From NCBI GenBank assembly GCA_041660005.1, contig JBAZXG010000002.1, forward strand, positions 24,356-88,355: a stretch of 64,000 nt of DNA, read 5' to 3'. Positions within the stretch are counted from its first letter, which is position 1. Every line of letters starts with the position of its first letter. Positions 31,961 through 42,222 of the stretch are shown one piece after another. A program made the translations under genes and the position numbers. This stretch comes from Patescibacteria group bacterium (lineage in GTDB: Bacteria; Patescibacteriota; Patescibacteriia; GWA2-46-9). Under the pieces are notes generated by a model that ran no database searches, was not told the origin of the DNA, and saw only the letters and a list, made by a program, of their open reading frames with translations.

Positions 31961-32103
31961 TCTATAGAAATAATAAATCGATAGTTTTAACCATTTTTAC
32001 TAGTAAATATTGATTTTTTTTATAAATTATTCTATAATCGAATTTCCAGGCAGCGTCGAATCAACCAAGTTGAGCTTTAACGTCAGTGTGAACATACGAT
32101 TAT

Positions 32104-33867
32104 ATGAAAAAGGAAATTCGGGGAACAAACAGAGAAATAGGAAGGATTTTCTGGCAACACAGTGCACGCTATAAAAAAGTCGTTGCGCTTGGTCTTACCA
32201 GTATTCTCATCTATAACCTGGCTAGCTTAACCGCACCTTGGTTTTATAGAGCTTTTTTCAATACATTAGCTGCACATCCGGCTGACGCGGTCTCTCAATT
32301 GTCAATAATACTGCTTAAAATACTGGGACTTTACATCATTTCCGTCGTTTTTCGGAGAGTTTCTGCGTTTTCAAACATCTATTGGCAGGCGAAAATTATG
32401 GGCGACCTTTCGCAAACAAGTGAGGCATACATGCTGCAGCATTCGCACCAGTTTTTCATGAATAACTTCGCAGGCTCCTTGGTGCGTAAAGTAAACAAAT
32501 TTTCCCGTGCCTTTGAAGATATAAGTGATAAAATTGTCTTCAACTTTTTACCACTCGTTATTTCTATTTGTGTCATTTTGCCCGTCCTGTTCTCAAGAAG
32601 TATAATTTTGGGCACAGTTTTAACCCTATGGATCACGGTATTTGTTCTTTTGAGCTACCTTTTTGCTCGATGGAAGCAAAAATATGACATAGAACGAAGC
32701 GAAAAGGACTCTGAGGCAACCGGGGTACTCGCTGATATCATCGGCAACAGTTCAACGGTTGAGCTATTCGCTGGGCACAAAAACGAAGAAAACCGCTACA
32801 AAAAAGTTACTGATGAACTCACTGCTATTAGACGTTATTCGTGGGCGCTTAACGAAAAAATGGATGCCGTACATGCAATATTGGCAACATTTACCGAAAT
32901 CGGAGTTATGTATGTGGCTATTAGACTTTGGCAACGAGGGCTTTTAACCCTTGGAGATTTTGCGCTTATACAGTCTTATCTCATTGTACTTATTAACCGC
33001 ATTTGGGATCTCGGAAGCATTATTCGACGATTCTATGAGGGCATGGCAGACGCTGCAGAAATGGTCGGTATTCTTAAGACACCCCATGGCATTCAAGATA
33101 GAAGAAACGCGAAGCCAATAAAGATATTAAAAGGGAAGCTAGAGTTCCAGGATGTAGGTTTTAGCTATCGACAAACGCGAACAATACTGCACAACTTCAA
33201 TCTCACCATTAAACCAGGAGAGCATGTTGCTTTTGTTGGACCGTCTGGGGCTGGAAAAACCACAATCACGAAGCTTATTCTCCGACTTTATGACATAGAT
33301 CAAGGGCGTATTCTCGTTGATGAACAAAACATTGCGGAAGTTACACAAGAAAGTCTGCGGCAACAAATTGCCATGGTGCCTCAGGAACCAATGTTGTTTC
33401 ACCGAACGCTCGCTGAAAATATTCGCTATGGTCGGCCGGGGGCAAGCGATGAAGAGGTAATCGAAGCATCAAAAAAAGCGCATTGCCATGATTTTATTTT
33501 AGAGCTACCGCGTGAGTACGGAACGTATGTTGGAGAGCGAGGCGTTAAGTTGTCTGGCGGCGAACGCCAGCGCGTGGCGATAGCCCGCGCCATCCTGAAA
33601 GACGCGCCGATACTTTTGCTCGACGAGGCAACTTCTTCTCTGGACTCCGAGTCTGAGGCACTCATTCAAGATGCGTTAAAAACACTCATGCAGCACCGAA
33701 CGACAGTCGTGGTCGCTCACCGTCTTTCAACTATCATGCAGATGGATAGAATTGTCGTGGTTGATCAAGGGCAGGTGGTTGACTCAGGGACGCACACTGA
33801 ACTTTTGCAAAGAGAGGGTATATATAAAAAGTTGTGGGATATTCAGGCAGGCGGTTTTATTCCGTAA
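32104..33867 (+). CDS. ABC exporter, fused permease and ATPase
   Basis: N-terminal TMD; GPSGAGKT, LSGGERQR, LLLDEATS, AHRLST. Confidence 0.93.
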   Translation: MKKEIRGTNREIGRIFWQHSARYKKVVALGLTSILIYNLASLTAPWFYRAFFNTLAAHPADAVSQLSIILLKILGLYIISVVFRRVSAFSNIYWQAKIMGDLSQTSEAYMLQHSHQFFMNNFAGSLVRKVNKFSRAFEDISDKIVFNFLPLVISICVILPVLFSRSIILGTVLTLWITVFVLLSYLFARWKQKYDIERSEKDSEATGVLADIIGNSSTVELFAGHKNEENRYKKVTDELTAIRRYSWALNEKMDAVHAILATFTEIGVMYVAIRLWQRGLLTLGDFALIQSYLIVLINRIWDLGSIIRRFYEGMADAAEMVGILKTPHGIQDRRNAKPIKILKGKLEFQDVGFSYRQTRTILHNFNLTIKPGEHVAFVGPSGAGKTTITKLILRLYDIDQGRILVDEQNIAEVTQESLRQQIAMVPQEPMLFHRTLAENIRYGRPGASDEEVIEASKKAHCHDFILELPREYGTYVGERGVKLSGGERQRVAIARAILKDAPILLLDEATSSLDSESEALIQDALKTLMQHRTTVVVAHRLSTIMQMDRIVVVDQGQVVDSGTHTELLQREGIYKKLWDIQAGGFIP

Positions 33868-34193
33868 ATTATTTGATCCGCCACGTACACAGGCGGCTTT
33901 ATACCTTAATAATTTTTTGTACTGCCAGGTGAACAGGCTGGTGGATTTATTTTTCGACAACTCCTTGCGTCGCCGAGCAAACCATTGCTTTACCCACAAA
34001 AGCTATTTCCACGAGCTTGTTTACATGCTCATAATTGATTCAATCGTTGTGCTTCCATGTACTAGTACATGGAAGCATATACGAAACATCTATTTATACA
34101 AGCATAATATACATATAATTGACAACATTAAACTGCGTTGGTTAACTACCAATGTCTACAACGTAGAAATGCTCACAATGCTGGAGGTGCAAC

Positions 34194-34535
34194 GTGATAC
34201 TTTTTCTTAGGCCCCAGGAATGTTCCGTTCAGAATCCTTGTGCTGAACCGCTGACGGCCGATCCTCGGTTTCCGGTTCTGGTTCAGTACGAGATGCTACA
34301 CGGAGGGTGCCGTGGTTCAGTCGAAGCACTGGAAGATGGCCATACCGGCTACCGCCTGAAGTGCATGAAGTGCGGAGAGCAGGTAACGATTTCCCCGCAA
34401 ACGGTCCTTGACGACATCTTCCGCTCTGTCGTGATACGCCAGAATTACTGGAAAGGGGGCGACACGACAGTCTTCCCGTGGACATGGGAACTGGTGATGG
34501 CGACGATACAGATCGCCGACGAGCTGAAGCCCTAG
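34194..34535 (+). CDS. Small zinc-ribbon-like protein (paralog 1)
   Basis: GGAGG SD plus GTG start; H..C...YRLKCMKCG. Confidence 0.6.
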   Translation: MILFLRPQECSVQNPCAEPLTADPRFPVLVQYEMLHGGCRGSVEALEDGHTGYRLKCMKCGEQVTISPQTVLDDIFRSVVIRQNYWKGGDTTVFPWTWELVMATIQIADELKP

Positions 34536-34578
34536 CGTCGACCACACAAGCCGATCTAGCCACAAAGAGGGACCGAGG

Positions 34579-34618
34579 ACAGAAGCCGGGCACGCACCAT
34601 GCGTCGCCCGGCTTCCTC
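34579..34618. repeat. 40-bp hairpin repeat after each paralog (copy 35138-35177)
   Basis: acagaagccgggcacgcaccatgcgtcgc(c/t)cggcttcctc, one mismatch. Confidence 0.85.
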
Positions 34619-34795
34619 TTATTTATAAGAGTACTCATCACTTTAGTGCCCGTGTTTCCTTGTACTAGTACGTAGATATTAGAAAAGCTCAACTTTTAGG
34701 TAAAACAACTACTGTATCGTTGACAGAATAGAGTTTAACTGTTTAGCTATCGCTATTCGCACTAGCGAAAAGACTGACGAAGGAGGAACGTCACG

Positions 34796-35107
34796 ATGAT
34801 GATTGGTGTAATGATTGATGACTTCGCTGGCCCTCAGCATACGGAACAAGGAGCGAACTTGAAAGTGCACCATCTCGCTCAGCTCCTCTACCTACATGTC
34901 CCGTGTATGAAACCGGTGCGGCTTAGGAAGGAAGGGGGCAACTACCGATTCGTCTGCGAAGATTGTGGGGCAAACGAGGCCACTATACGGCAGGTCAACC
35001 TGCAAGAGGCCCTCAAAATCGTCCTGCGTTGCAAGCTGTACTACAGGGACGAAAAACATAAACTCCTAATGCTGGAGCTGCCATACGACGAAGGAGTGGG
35101 TTCCTAA
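34796..35107 (+). CDS. Small zinc-ribbon-like protein (paralog 2)
   Basis: AGGAGG SD; H..C...YRFVCEDCG. Confidence 0.6.
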   Translation: MMIGVMIDDFAGPQHTEQGANLKVHHLAQLLYLHVPCMKPVRLRKEGGNYRFVCEDCGANEATIRQVNLQEALKIVLRCKLYYRDEKHKLLMLELPYDEGVGS

Positions 35108-35192
35108 AGAGAGACCCGACAGCGAAGGCGCAGAAGCACAGAAGCCGGGCACGCACCATGCGTCGCTCGGCTTCCTCACTTTTCAAATTACA

Positions 35193-36332
35193 CTAGCGGG
35201 CTAACTGGTAGAGAACTTCGTAAACTGCGCTCGCAAAAAAAATGCCAATAATGAGAGCGTAGTGAACCTTACCAAAAGGCAGAAATGTTTGACCGCCTGG
35301 ATTCTTTTTTCGCATGGTGCGCATCATAAACATGATAAAAATAGCGTCAACCGCAATAAAAAGACCACCGACAAGGGCGATCAGGTTTATGAAATTCTCA
35401 GCACCGTACATAAACGGAATAATCGGCACGAGCATTGCCAAAGCCCAAGCAGAAAGCGGACTCATTTTAACATCAAATACATAGAGCTCTTTCAAATCGT
35501 AACCAATAGCCAAATACGAAGTAAACACCGCCAATAGTCCCATGGCAGCACCAAACTGCACAACACCTACGCCAAGCGTTGGCACAAGTCCGGAAATGGC
35601 ATCGACACTAACAGATGTGCCGGACGCCATCAGCACCCCAATACCAAATATGATGCTTACGAAAAAGGGGATAGCACTACCTACCACAATGGCTTCGCGC
35701 AAGTGAAATCTATTTTTGCGCGCACCATGAAAAATCTGGTACACGTCAGGAATAATAGTGTAGCCAGTGAGCGAAAAAACAATAACGGCAAAAACAAAGA
35801 ATGGATCCGTTGGCGTAATTGCTAAATGAACAAAACTGCCACGTGTGGCAGCAGCAATGGCTATGGCGAGCAATGCACCAACAAGGGGAATCGTCAAAAT
35901 TAAGTCGATCTCGCCAATCTGTGTTGCCTTGCCGATAAGCAGAGCACCGCAGACAATAAAAAAAACGAGCGTCCATAGAGCAATGGAACCGCCGAAAAGT
36001 TGGCTCAAAAAAATGCCCGCCAAGAGCGCGTAACCAACGAGGATGCCGTTCAATGTCAAAATCTGGTTGACTGATTCAAACCTTCCCGCAAAAGACCCAA
36101 GATAATGCCGAACGTAACCCGGTAGGCGGTGACGGCCTGGCGTGTTCACCACGACTTCACCATACGCAAGCTGAACAGAAATAACCGCAAAAAAAGCGAC
36201 CACACTAAAAAGGAGCGACCAACGCAAACCAGAAACTCCCATGGCAAAGGGGAGCGCAAAAAGTCCTGATCCTAAAATCATACCACTCATGAGACCAACC
36301 GCCGACCAAAAATTTTTTCCTGTCTCTTTCAT
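35193..36332 (-). CDS. Amino acid permease (Mtr/TyrP-like)
   Basis: G.ILGSGLFALP N-terminal motif, ~11 TMs, TSY. Confidence 0.8.
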   Translation of the reverse strand: MKETGKNFWSAVGLMSGMILGSGLFALPFAMGVSGLRWSLLFSVVAFFAVISVQLAYGEVVVNTPGRHRLPGYVRHYLGSFAGRFESVNQILTLNGILVGYALLAGIFLSQLFGGSIALWTLVFFIVCGALLIGKATQIGEIDLILTIPLVGALLAIAIAAATRGSFVHLAITPTDPFFVFAVIVFSLTGYTIIPDVYQIFHGARKNRFHLREAIVVGSAIPFFVSIIFGIGVLMASGTSVSVDAISGLVPTLGVGVVQFGAAMGLLAVFTSYLAIGYDLKELYVFDVKMSPLSAWALAMLVPIIPFMYGAENFINLIALVGGLFIAVDAIFIMFMMRTMRKKNPGGQTFLPFGKVHYALIIGIFFASAVYEVLYQLAR

Positions 36333-36336
36333 ATAC

Positions 36337-37056
36337 TTAATCAAAAGCGCCGACAAAAACTTTACGAAGTACATTACTGTTTTTTAGATTAACGGTGTCG
36401 TCGTCAGCAATGACTGCTCCGTCAACCATGATAATACCACGATTTGCGATATCTAAAACACTACGGATATTATGTTCGACGATCAACACCGTTAAACCAA
36501 AGCGCTCTTTAATTTGAGCAATGGTGGCAAACGTATCTTTTACTAATTTCGGTGAAAGACCGAGAGATGGTTCATCGAGAAACAGAACGCGAGGAATATT
36601 AACAAGTGCTCGAGCAATTGCCAACATTTGCTGTTCACCGCCAGAGAGACTGAAGGCATAGCCATTGCTCTTTTTCTTGAGAACGGGAAAGGTTTCGTAC
36701 ATCGCTTCAATATTTTTCTGGATGCGCTCTTCGTCGTGCAGATGATATGCACCGAGTCGCAAGTTTTCAGCAACGGTCAAAAGCCCAAAATTAATTCGTC
36801 CCTGCGGCACAAATCCCAGCCCGTGCTCTGCACGACAATGCGTGGGTGTTGTTGTTATTTCATTACCCAAAAAGGTAACGCTGCCGTTAGTAATGGAAGT
36901 CAACCCATAGAGCGCTTTCAACAATGTTGATTTACCTGCGCCATTCGGACCCATTAAAACAGTGATGCTGCCTTCTTTCAACTCAAAAGAAACATCTTGC
37001 AAAACTGGAATGTCGCCGTAACCAGCACTTAGATTTGATACCGTAAGCATACTCAT
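36337..37056 (-). CDS. livF: Branched-chain amino acid ABC ATPase
   Basis: GPNGAGKS, LSGGEQQMLA, DEPSLGLSP. Confidence 0.88.
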   Translation of the reverse strand: MSMLTVSNLSAGYGDIPVLQDVSFELKEGSITVLMGPNGAGKSTLLKALYGLTSITNGSVTFLGNEITTTPTHCRAEHGLGFVPQGRINFGLLTVAENLRLGAYHLHDEERIQKNIEAMYETFPVLKKKSNGYAFSLSGGEQQMLAIARALVNIPRVLFLDEPSLGLSPKLVKDTFATIAQIKERFGLTVLIVEHNIRSVLDIANRGIIMVDGAVIADDDTVNLKNSNVLRKVFVGAFD

Positions 37057-37802
37057 AGACCGAGATACGCTTCTAAAACGCGCTCATCACGCAACGCAGT
37101 GTCTGGATGACCAGCTACTAAAACACGACCGGCATCCATGACAACGACATGATCGGCTAAGCGTTTTACAAAACCCATGTCGTGCTCCACGATGAGCATC
37201 GTCTCAACGGAATCAGACCCGGAGGTGGGGGACGCTTTCATGGCAAGCAAGAGCGACTCAATTTCCTGCTGGACAACGGCGTTCACGCCAGCAACTGGTT
37301 CATCGAGCAGCAACAGGTGGTGCGGCTTCAATGTGGCCATGGCAAGTTGCAACAACTTGCGCTGACCATAACTCAAATCAGCGACTAGTGTAGTAAGCGG
37401 TTTTTTTAGTTGAAACCGTTCAAGATGCGCGGAAAAAAAATCGTGATCAATTGGTGGATGGCGCCAAACGTTTTTTAGGAGGTTCATATCATCGTTATCT
37501 TTGGCCATGAGCAGATGATCAATAATGGTCAGGTTACGGAAAAGTCGCACCTGTTGGAATGTTCTGCTGATACCGGCATTTGCAACAACGTGCGACGGCT
37601 TATTCGTCAAATTTTGCTCACCCAAAAAAACATGGCCAGTGTCGAGCTTGATGAGACCCGTAATGATATCAAACACCGTCGTTTTACCGGCACCATTGGG
37701 GCCAATAAGCGCCGTTACTGTTCCTGGTTCCACGTGGAACGTACAGCCCGTAACGGCCGCAACGCCGCCAAAATGTTTTGAAACATTCTCAACGCGCAGC
37801 AT
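37053..37802 (-). CDS. livG: Branched-chain amino acid ABC ATPase
   Basis: FGGV.AV, GPNGAGKTT, RTFQ, LSYGQ, DEPVAG, AYLG. Confidence 0.88.
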   Translation of the reverse strand: MLRVENVSKHFGGVAAVTGCTFHVEPGTVTALIGPNGAGKTTVFDIITGLIKLDTGHVFLGEQNLTNKPSHVVANAGISRTFQQVRLFRNLTIIDHLLMAKDNDDMNLLKNVWRHPPIDHDFFSAHLERFQLKKPLTTLVADLSYGQRKLLQLAMATLKPHHLLLLDEPVAGVNAVVQQEIESLLLAMKASPTSGSDSVETMLIVEHDMGFVKRLADHVVVMDAGRVLVAGHPDTALRDERVLEAYLGL

Positions 37803-37804
37803 AT

Positions 37805-38671
37805 TTATTCAAGCGTAACAGTACCAAAAAGACCGCGAGGTCTATACATCAGCACTAAGAGAAGAATGACGGCATAGAGTAGCTGGCGAGCTGGCCCCAA
37901 AACCGATGAAGGTAAAGAAACAAAACGCAGTAGCTCAGGAAGCAAAACAAGGAGAACGACCGCACTGACCGTACCGCGCAAAGAAGCTAAGCCACCGACA
38001 ACCACAACAGAAACAATAAAGATGACCTCCGATATGTCATAGCCCGACGGGTCGATATAGCTAATGTAGTGGGCGCCGATACTGCCTGCGATACCTGCCA
38101 AAAAAGCGGCGAGGGCAAGACTCTCCATTTTTAAACGCAAAACATTTTTTCCAAGCATTGCCACACCGCGCTCGTCATCACGAACTGCGCCGAGCAGTAT
38201 GCCGTAACGAGAAGTGGTGAGACGGTGGAGAAAAAAAAGAACGAGTGCTGCCATCACGATAGAGAATGCGAGAAAGTCAAAACGACTTGTGATGACAAAA
38301 CCAAAAACGGCTGGGCGAGGGATGCCAGGAATGCCGAGCGGTCCACGGGTAAGACTGAGCCAATTCAAAAAAATAGAGTGAAGAACGAGGCCAAATCCTA
38401 ATGTGGCAAGCGCAAGGTAATCTCCTTTCGTTTTTTTTGTTATGAGAATAAGCAAAGGGGCAAACAGCGCAGCCAAACAACCAGAGGCAAGGAACGCGAT
38501 CGGGAAAGGGACGCCAGCAAGCGTCAGCAGAGCTGAGGTATACGCACCAATACCAAAAAAAGCTATGTGTCCTAAATTAAGAAGACCGGTAAAACCAAAG
38601 GATAAATTCAGACCAGCAGCCAACACAATATCAACGGCAATAAGAACAAGAAGGTGGTTAAGGTACGGCAT
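37805..38671 (-). CDS. livM: Branched-chain amino acid ABC permease
   Basis: G.TGLLNLGH.AF.GIGAY, GDYLALATLGF, RPRGLFG. Confidence 0.88.
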   Translation of the reverse strand: MPYLNHLLVLIAVDIVLAAGLNLSFGFTGLLNLGHIAFFGIGAYTSALLTLAGVPFPIAFLASGCLAALFAPLLILITKKTKGDYLALATLGFGLVLHSIFLNWLSLTRGPLGIPGIPRPAVFGFVITSRFDFLAFSIVMAALVLFFLHRLTTSRYGILLGAVRDDERGVAMLGKNVLRLKMESLALAAFLAGIAGSIGAHYISYIDPSGYDISEVIFIVSVVVVGGLASLRGTVSAVVLLVLLPELLRFVSLPSSVLGPARQLLYAVILLLVLMYRPRGLFGTVTLE

Positions 38672-38674
38672 AGT

Positions 38675-39553
38675 TTATTCGCGCACTCCTTTGGTAACGC
38701 CGAGAATCCCAATGGGACGAATAACAAGAAAAATAATAAGAAGACCAAAAACAATGGCATCTTTGTAACCACTCGGTAAGAACCAGGCGCCGAAGTTTTC
38801 CATTAACCCAACGAAATAGCTGCCAAGAATGGCTCCGGGAAGCGACGTTATGCCGCCAATCACAGCGCCACTAAACCCTTTGATGACAAGCTTTGTCGCC
38901 ATAAAAGGCGTAGCATTTTGTTCAAGCACAATAAAAACGGCGGCTATTCCCGCAAGAGCAGAGCCCAAAATGAAACTTAGCTCCTGCACTCGTTCGGTGT
39001 TGATGCCACTGATGCGTGCAAGTTCTGAATGGTCAGCCACTGCACGAATGGTAATGCCGATTTTTGAATAGCGCATCAATACCCAAAATAAAATTAAAAA
39101 AAGCACCGACAAAAGTACAATAGAAATTTGCAATGGTGTTACGGCCGCACCCAACAAGTTAACACCCTTCTCGGTCACAAAATAATTGATTGATTTCACG
39201 TTTGAGCCAAAAGAAAGAATGATACTATTTTCGAAAAAAAACAGAAGCGCCAAACCAGCAATTAACAGAATAGAACTTGAAGCCCCGCGACGTACTAATG
39301 GACGGTACACAACCCGATACGTTGCAAGACCAGCCAAGGTGGCAACGGCAACGGCAAAGATCGCTGCTAGAAAAAGGGGGAGATTAAACTTAGTGAACCC
39401 ACACCATAATGCATAAGCGCCGACCGTCACTATGCTGCCATGTGCAAAATGCATAAAACGGTTGGTGTTGTAGATCAACGAAAAACCCGCTGCCACTAAA
39501 GCGTAAATTGATCCGGCTATGAGCCCGTTAGCTATAATTTGTGCAACATCCAT
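38675..39553 (-). CDS. livH: Branched-chain amino acid ABC permease
   Basis: NGLI.GSIYAL.A.GFSLI, FAHG, GGI.S.PGA. Confidence 0.88.
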   Translation of the reverse strand: MDVAQIIANGLIAGSIYALVAAGFSLIYNTNRFMHFAHGSIVTVGAYALWCGFTKFNLPLFLAAIFAVAVATLAGLATYRVVYRPLVRRGASSSILLIAGLALLFFFENSIILSFGSNVKSINYFVTEKGVNLLGAAVTPLQISIVLLSVLFLILFWVLMRYSKIGITIRAVADHSELARISGINTERVQELSFILGSALAGIAAVFIVLEQNATPFMATKLVIKGFSGAVIGGITSLPGAILGSYFVGLMENFGAWFLPSGYKDAIVFGLLIIFLVIRPIGILGVTKGVRE

Positions 39554-39628
39554 ACAGCAAGAAGAGTAGCAACGAAAACCGCCCCGGCGCAACACCGGAG
39601 CGGTCTTGGTTTCGAACTTTACCTTTGG

Positions 39629-40735
39629 TTACTTAGCAGGAACAAAAGCGCCGTTCTTCACAACAAGCACATCGTAGCCACCAGCGACGTCGCCATGTTC
39701 ATCAAAAGAAATGTGTCCCGACGCACCTTCGAAAGATAACTTGTGGAGAGCATCGGCAATCTCTTTTCCGGTTCTGGCGCCACCGAGAATAGCAAGGTTC
39801 ACTGCGCGCATAGCGTCATACCCTTGTGCTGCAAACGGACCTGGGTCAGCACCGTTGTTTTCAGCACGATGACGATCGATAAATCCGCTTGTTCCTGAGC
39901 TCACCGAAGAAACGATTAATCCTTCAGAAACATTACCGGCGGCGGTAACATCTGGACTCTTCAACCCCTCTGAGCCAAACAGCGATACCTTCACCCCAAG
40001 TTCCTTGATCTGTTTCAAAGCAGCAACCGCAGTTTCGGGGTTATTCACAATGAGATAAACAGCGTCTGGATTGGCATCGCGAACTTTTGTTACCTGCGTG
40101 CGGACATCCGTATCGTCTCGACCGAACGTCTCACTGGCAACAACTTCACCGCCAAGTTCTTTAAACTTCGCACTCAGCACGTCATTAAATCCAATACCAT
40201 ACTCTTCATTGCTATAGAGAACGGCTAACTTGCGGAATCCTTTGTTGTAAACAAGCTCAGCACCATACGAACCTTGTAGTGTGTCAGATGGTACCGTACG
40301 AAAAATGTATCTACCAGCTTCGGAAAGTTTTGGGCTTGTTGACGCTGGACTGATGAGTACGGTTTCGTCCTGATTAGCAATTGGCGCAGCAGCGAGCGTG
40401 GCACCGGAACAAACCTCACCAATAATTGCTGAAACGTGATCGACTGAAATCAGTTTTGTAACGGCATTCACGGCGTCTGCACCCTCACACTTGGTATCTT
40501 CATAAATGAGCTCAACCGTGCCAGCATTTACTTCCTTGGCAGCCATTTCGACTCCTCGCTTAATACTTTCACCATAGCTTGCCGCTGCCCCAGACAATGG
40601 ACCAATCCAACCAATTTTCACCGGACCGGTAGCGACGGGCTCTTCAACCCTTTGCTGCTGGTAGATAGTAAAAGCAGACCATGCTAAAACGACGACCACA
40701 ATGACACCAATAAGATACTTCGTTGTATTATTCAT
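39629..40735 (-). CDS. Branched-chain amino acid ABC substrate-binding protein (LivJ/K-like)
   Basis: KIG.IGPLSG, G..CSG, FRTVPSD. Confidence 0.88.
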   Translation of the reverse strand: MNNTTKYLIGVIVVVVLAWSAFTIYQQQRVEEPVATGPVKIGWIGPLSGAAASYGESIKRGVEMAAKEVNAGTVELIYEDTKCEGADAVNAVTKLISVDHVSAIIGEVCSGATLAAAPIANQDETVLISPASTSPKLSEAGRYIFRTVPSDTLQGSYGAELVYNKGFRKLAVLYSNEEYGIGFNDVLSAKFKELGGEVVASETFGRDDTDVRTQVTKVRDANPDAVYLIVNNPETAVAALKQIKELGVKVSLFGSEGLKSPDVTAAGNVSEGLIVSSVSSGTSGFIDRHRAENNGADPGPFAAQGYDAMRAVNLAILGGARTGKEIADALHKLSFEGASGHISFDEHGDVAGGYDVLVVKNGAFVPAK

Positions 40736-40799
40736 ATAAACAATAAATGGTAAATGACCTATTTATGATAGCAAATGCGGCCCAAAGAACAAAATGGGA

Positions 40800-41210
40800 C
40801 TAATTACTTTTCTCAAAAAAAATTAACACCTCTATTATCCACTCACCTCGCAGCTTACCCTTCATGCTTTGAATTTCTTCGGAGGTAAACCACTGAACAT
40901 CCAATAACTGATCTTCTGGAATATGTAAATCTCCACCGACTATTTTTGCCTCAAAAATATGCTTTGGTGGATCTGTCGCCAGGTTCTGAAAAATATCAAT
41001 TTTTCTAACTAGGGCAACATCAAAGCCCGTTTCCTCCTTCGCTTCTTTGATTGCTGTTTCCTCTATGGTATCTCCGGCGTCAACTCGACCAGCAGGAAAA
41101 TTCCAAAGCCCATATACTTTGGGCTTTTTTTCCTGTACCAACAAGTACTTACCATCCTGTTTAACAACAACGCCCGCAACGACTGATACTTTTTGAATTT
41201 CTTTTTCCAT
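40800..41210 (-). CDS. NUDIX hydrolase
   Basis: PAGRVDAGDTIEETAIKEAKEETG. Confidence 0.9.
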   Translation of the reverse strand: MEKEIQKVSVVAGVVVKQDGKYLLVQEKKPKVYGLWNFPAGRVDAGDTIEETAIKEAKEETGFDVALVRKIDIFQNLATDPPKHIFEAKIVGGDLHIPEDQLLDVQWFTSEEIQSMKGKLRGEWIIEVLIFFEKSN

Positions 41211-41220
41211 AATTTACTTC

Positions 41221-41778
41221 CTATAACTCGCTTACCACCTTCACGACGTCCTCAACCGGTTTACGAATACGCGGACGTTTTTCTTTCTCTTGCACAACTG
41301 GGTCTAAACTTTCTAGTGTGCCTTCGTAGCCAATAGCAACTACGACCACCGGAGCTTCCTCAGGAGACATTCCTAACACGCGGTGTAATACTTCTTCTTT
41401 AAAACCGGCCATTTGATGAGCGCGCAACCCCTGATGCTCGGCTTCAACAACGAGACTCATCACGGACAAAGCGACATCATAGGCGCCATACTCTCTTGAT
41501 TCCGATTTATGGTCGAGCGAAGTGTCGCGCGTCACCGCAAGTATGAGCGGCGCCTTGAGTGCCCACTGGTTTCCAGTATTTAGTGCTTCAGAAAGTTTTT
41601 CCCGTGCGCTGCCAACAACAGCATAATAATGCCAGTCTTGTTTGTTGGAAAAACTTGGCGCCCACTGCGCGGCAGCCCAAAGCGCATCGAGTTTCTCTGG
41701 CTCAATTTTTTGCTCCAAAAATGCACGAACGGATTTGCGCTGATTTAGTTCTTTTAAAATGGGCTTATCGGTGTTCAT
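41221..41778 (-). CDS. Nitroreductase family protein
   Basis: RKSVRAF, APSFSN.Q.W, IGY, R.RKP. Confidence 0.9.
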   Translation of the reverse strand: MNTDKPILKELNQRKSVRAFLEQKIEPEKLDALWAAAQWAPSFSNKQDWHYYAVVGSAREKLSEALNTGNQWALKAPLILAVTRDTSLDHKSESREYGAYDVALSVMSLVVEAEHQGLRAHQMAGFKEEVLHRVLGMSPEEAPVVVVAIGYEGTLESLDPVVQEKEKRPRIRKPVEDVVKVVSEL

Positions 41779-41793
41779 TTGAGGCAGAAATAC

Positions 41794-42084
41794 TTAGTGG
41801 CCGTGTTGCTTTTCTAAGCTTAATAACTTTTCAGTTTTCCTTTTATAAAGATACTGAACGCCATCCTTTTTTTCCAACTCGGTTTGTCCTAAGACTAAAA
41901 CAACTTCGTACAAGCCACTCGCAGTGGCTTGCTCGGCTCTCTTGCACGCATCTTGAAACTGTTCAGGAATAGTATGATGAAACGAATACAGAGATTCCCA
42001 CCCCTCTGATTCTAACTCAGCAATCGTTTTGTCGGTTGTTCGGCAGGGCATGACGTCTAACTGCTTTCTGATTTCGGAGTCCAT
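41794..42084 (-). CDS. Hypothetical protein
   Basis: 96-aa ATG-initiated ORF, co-oriented with neighbours. Confidence 0.55.
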   Translation of the reverse strand: MDSEIRKQLDVMPCRTTDKTIAELESEGWESLYSFHHTIPEQFQDACKRAEQATASGLYEVVLVLGQTELEKKDGVQYLYKRKTEKLLSLEKQHGH

Positions 42085-42160
42085 AGTTTTAATGACTAAT
42101 TACAAATTCAATAACGCGATAAATAGCGATTGAGTTGTTTGATATCTACTAAACGCTCTC

Positions 42161-42222
42161 CTCTATAGTATAGGTGTTTCAAACTGTTTTGCCAGATAAT
42201 GATTTATGCACGTGGGTCGGGG
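42161..42222. repeat. 62-bp imperfect direct repeat (copy 42506-42567) flanking the PQ-loop gene
   Basis: ctctatagtatagg.gtttcaaactgtt.tgccagataa.gattta...ggtcgggg at an offset of 345. Confidence 0.85.

Noticed and set aside
31560-32100. oriC
   Set aside because: AT-rich, but only one clear DnaA-box-like TTATACACA (31580), no dnaA or dnaN, and no switch in gene strand bias.
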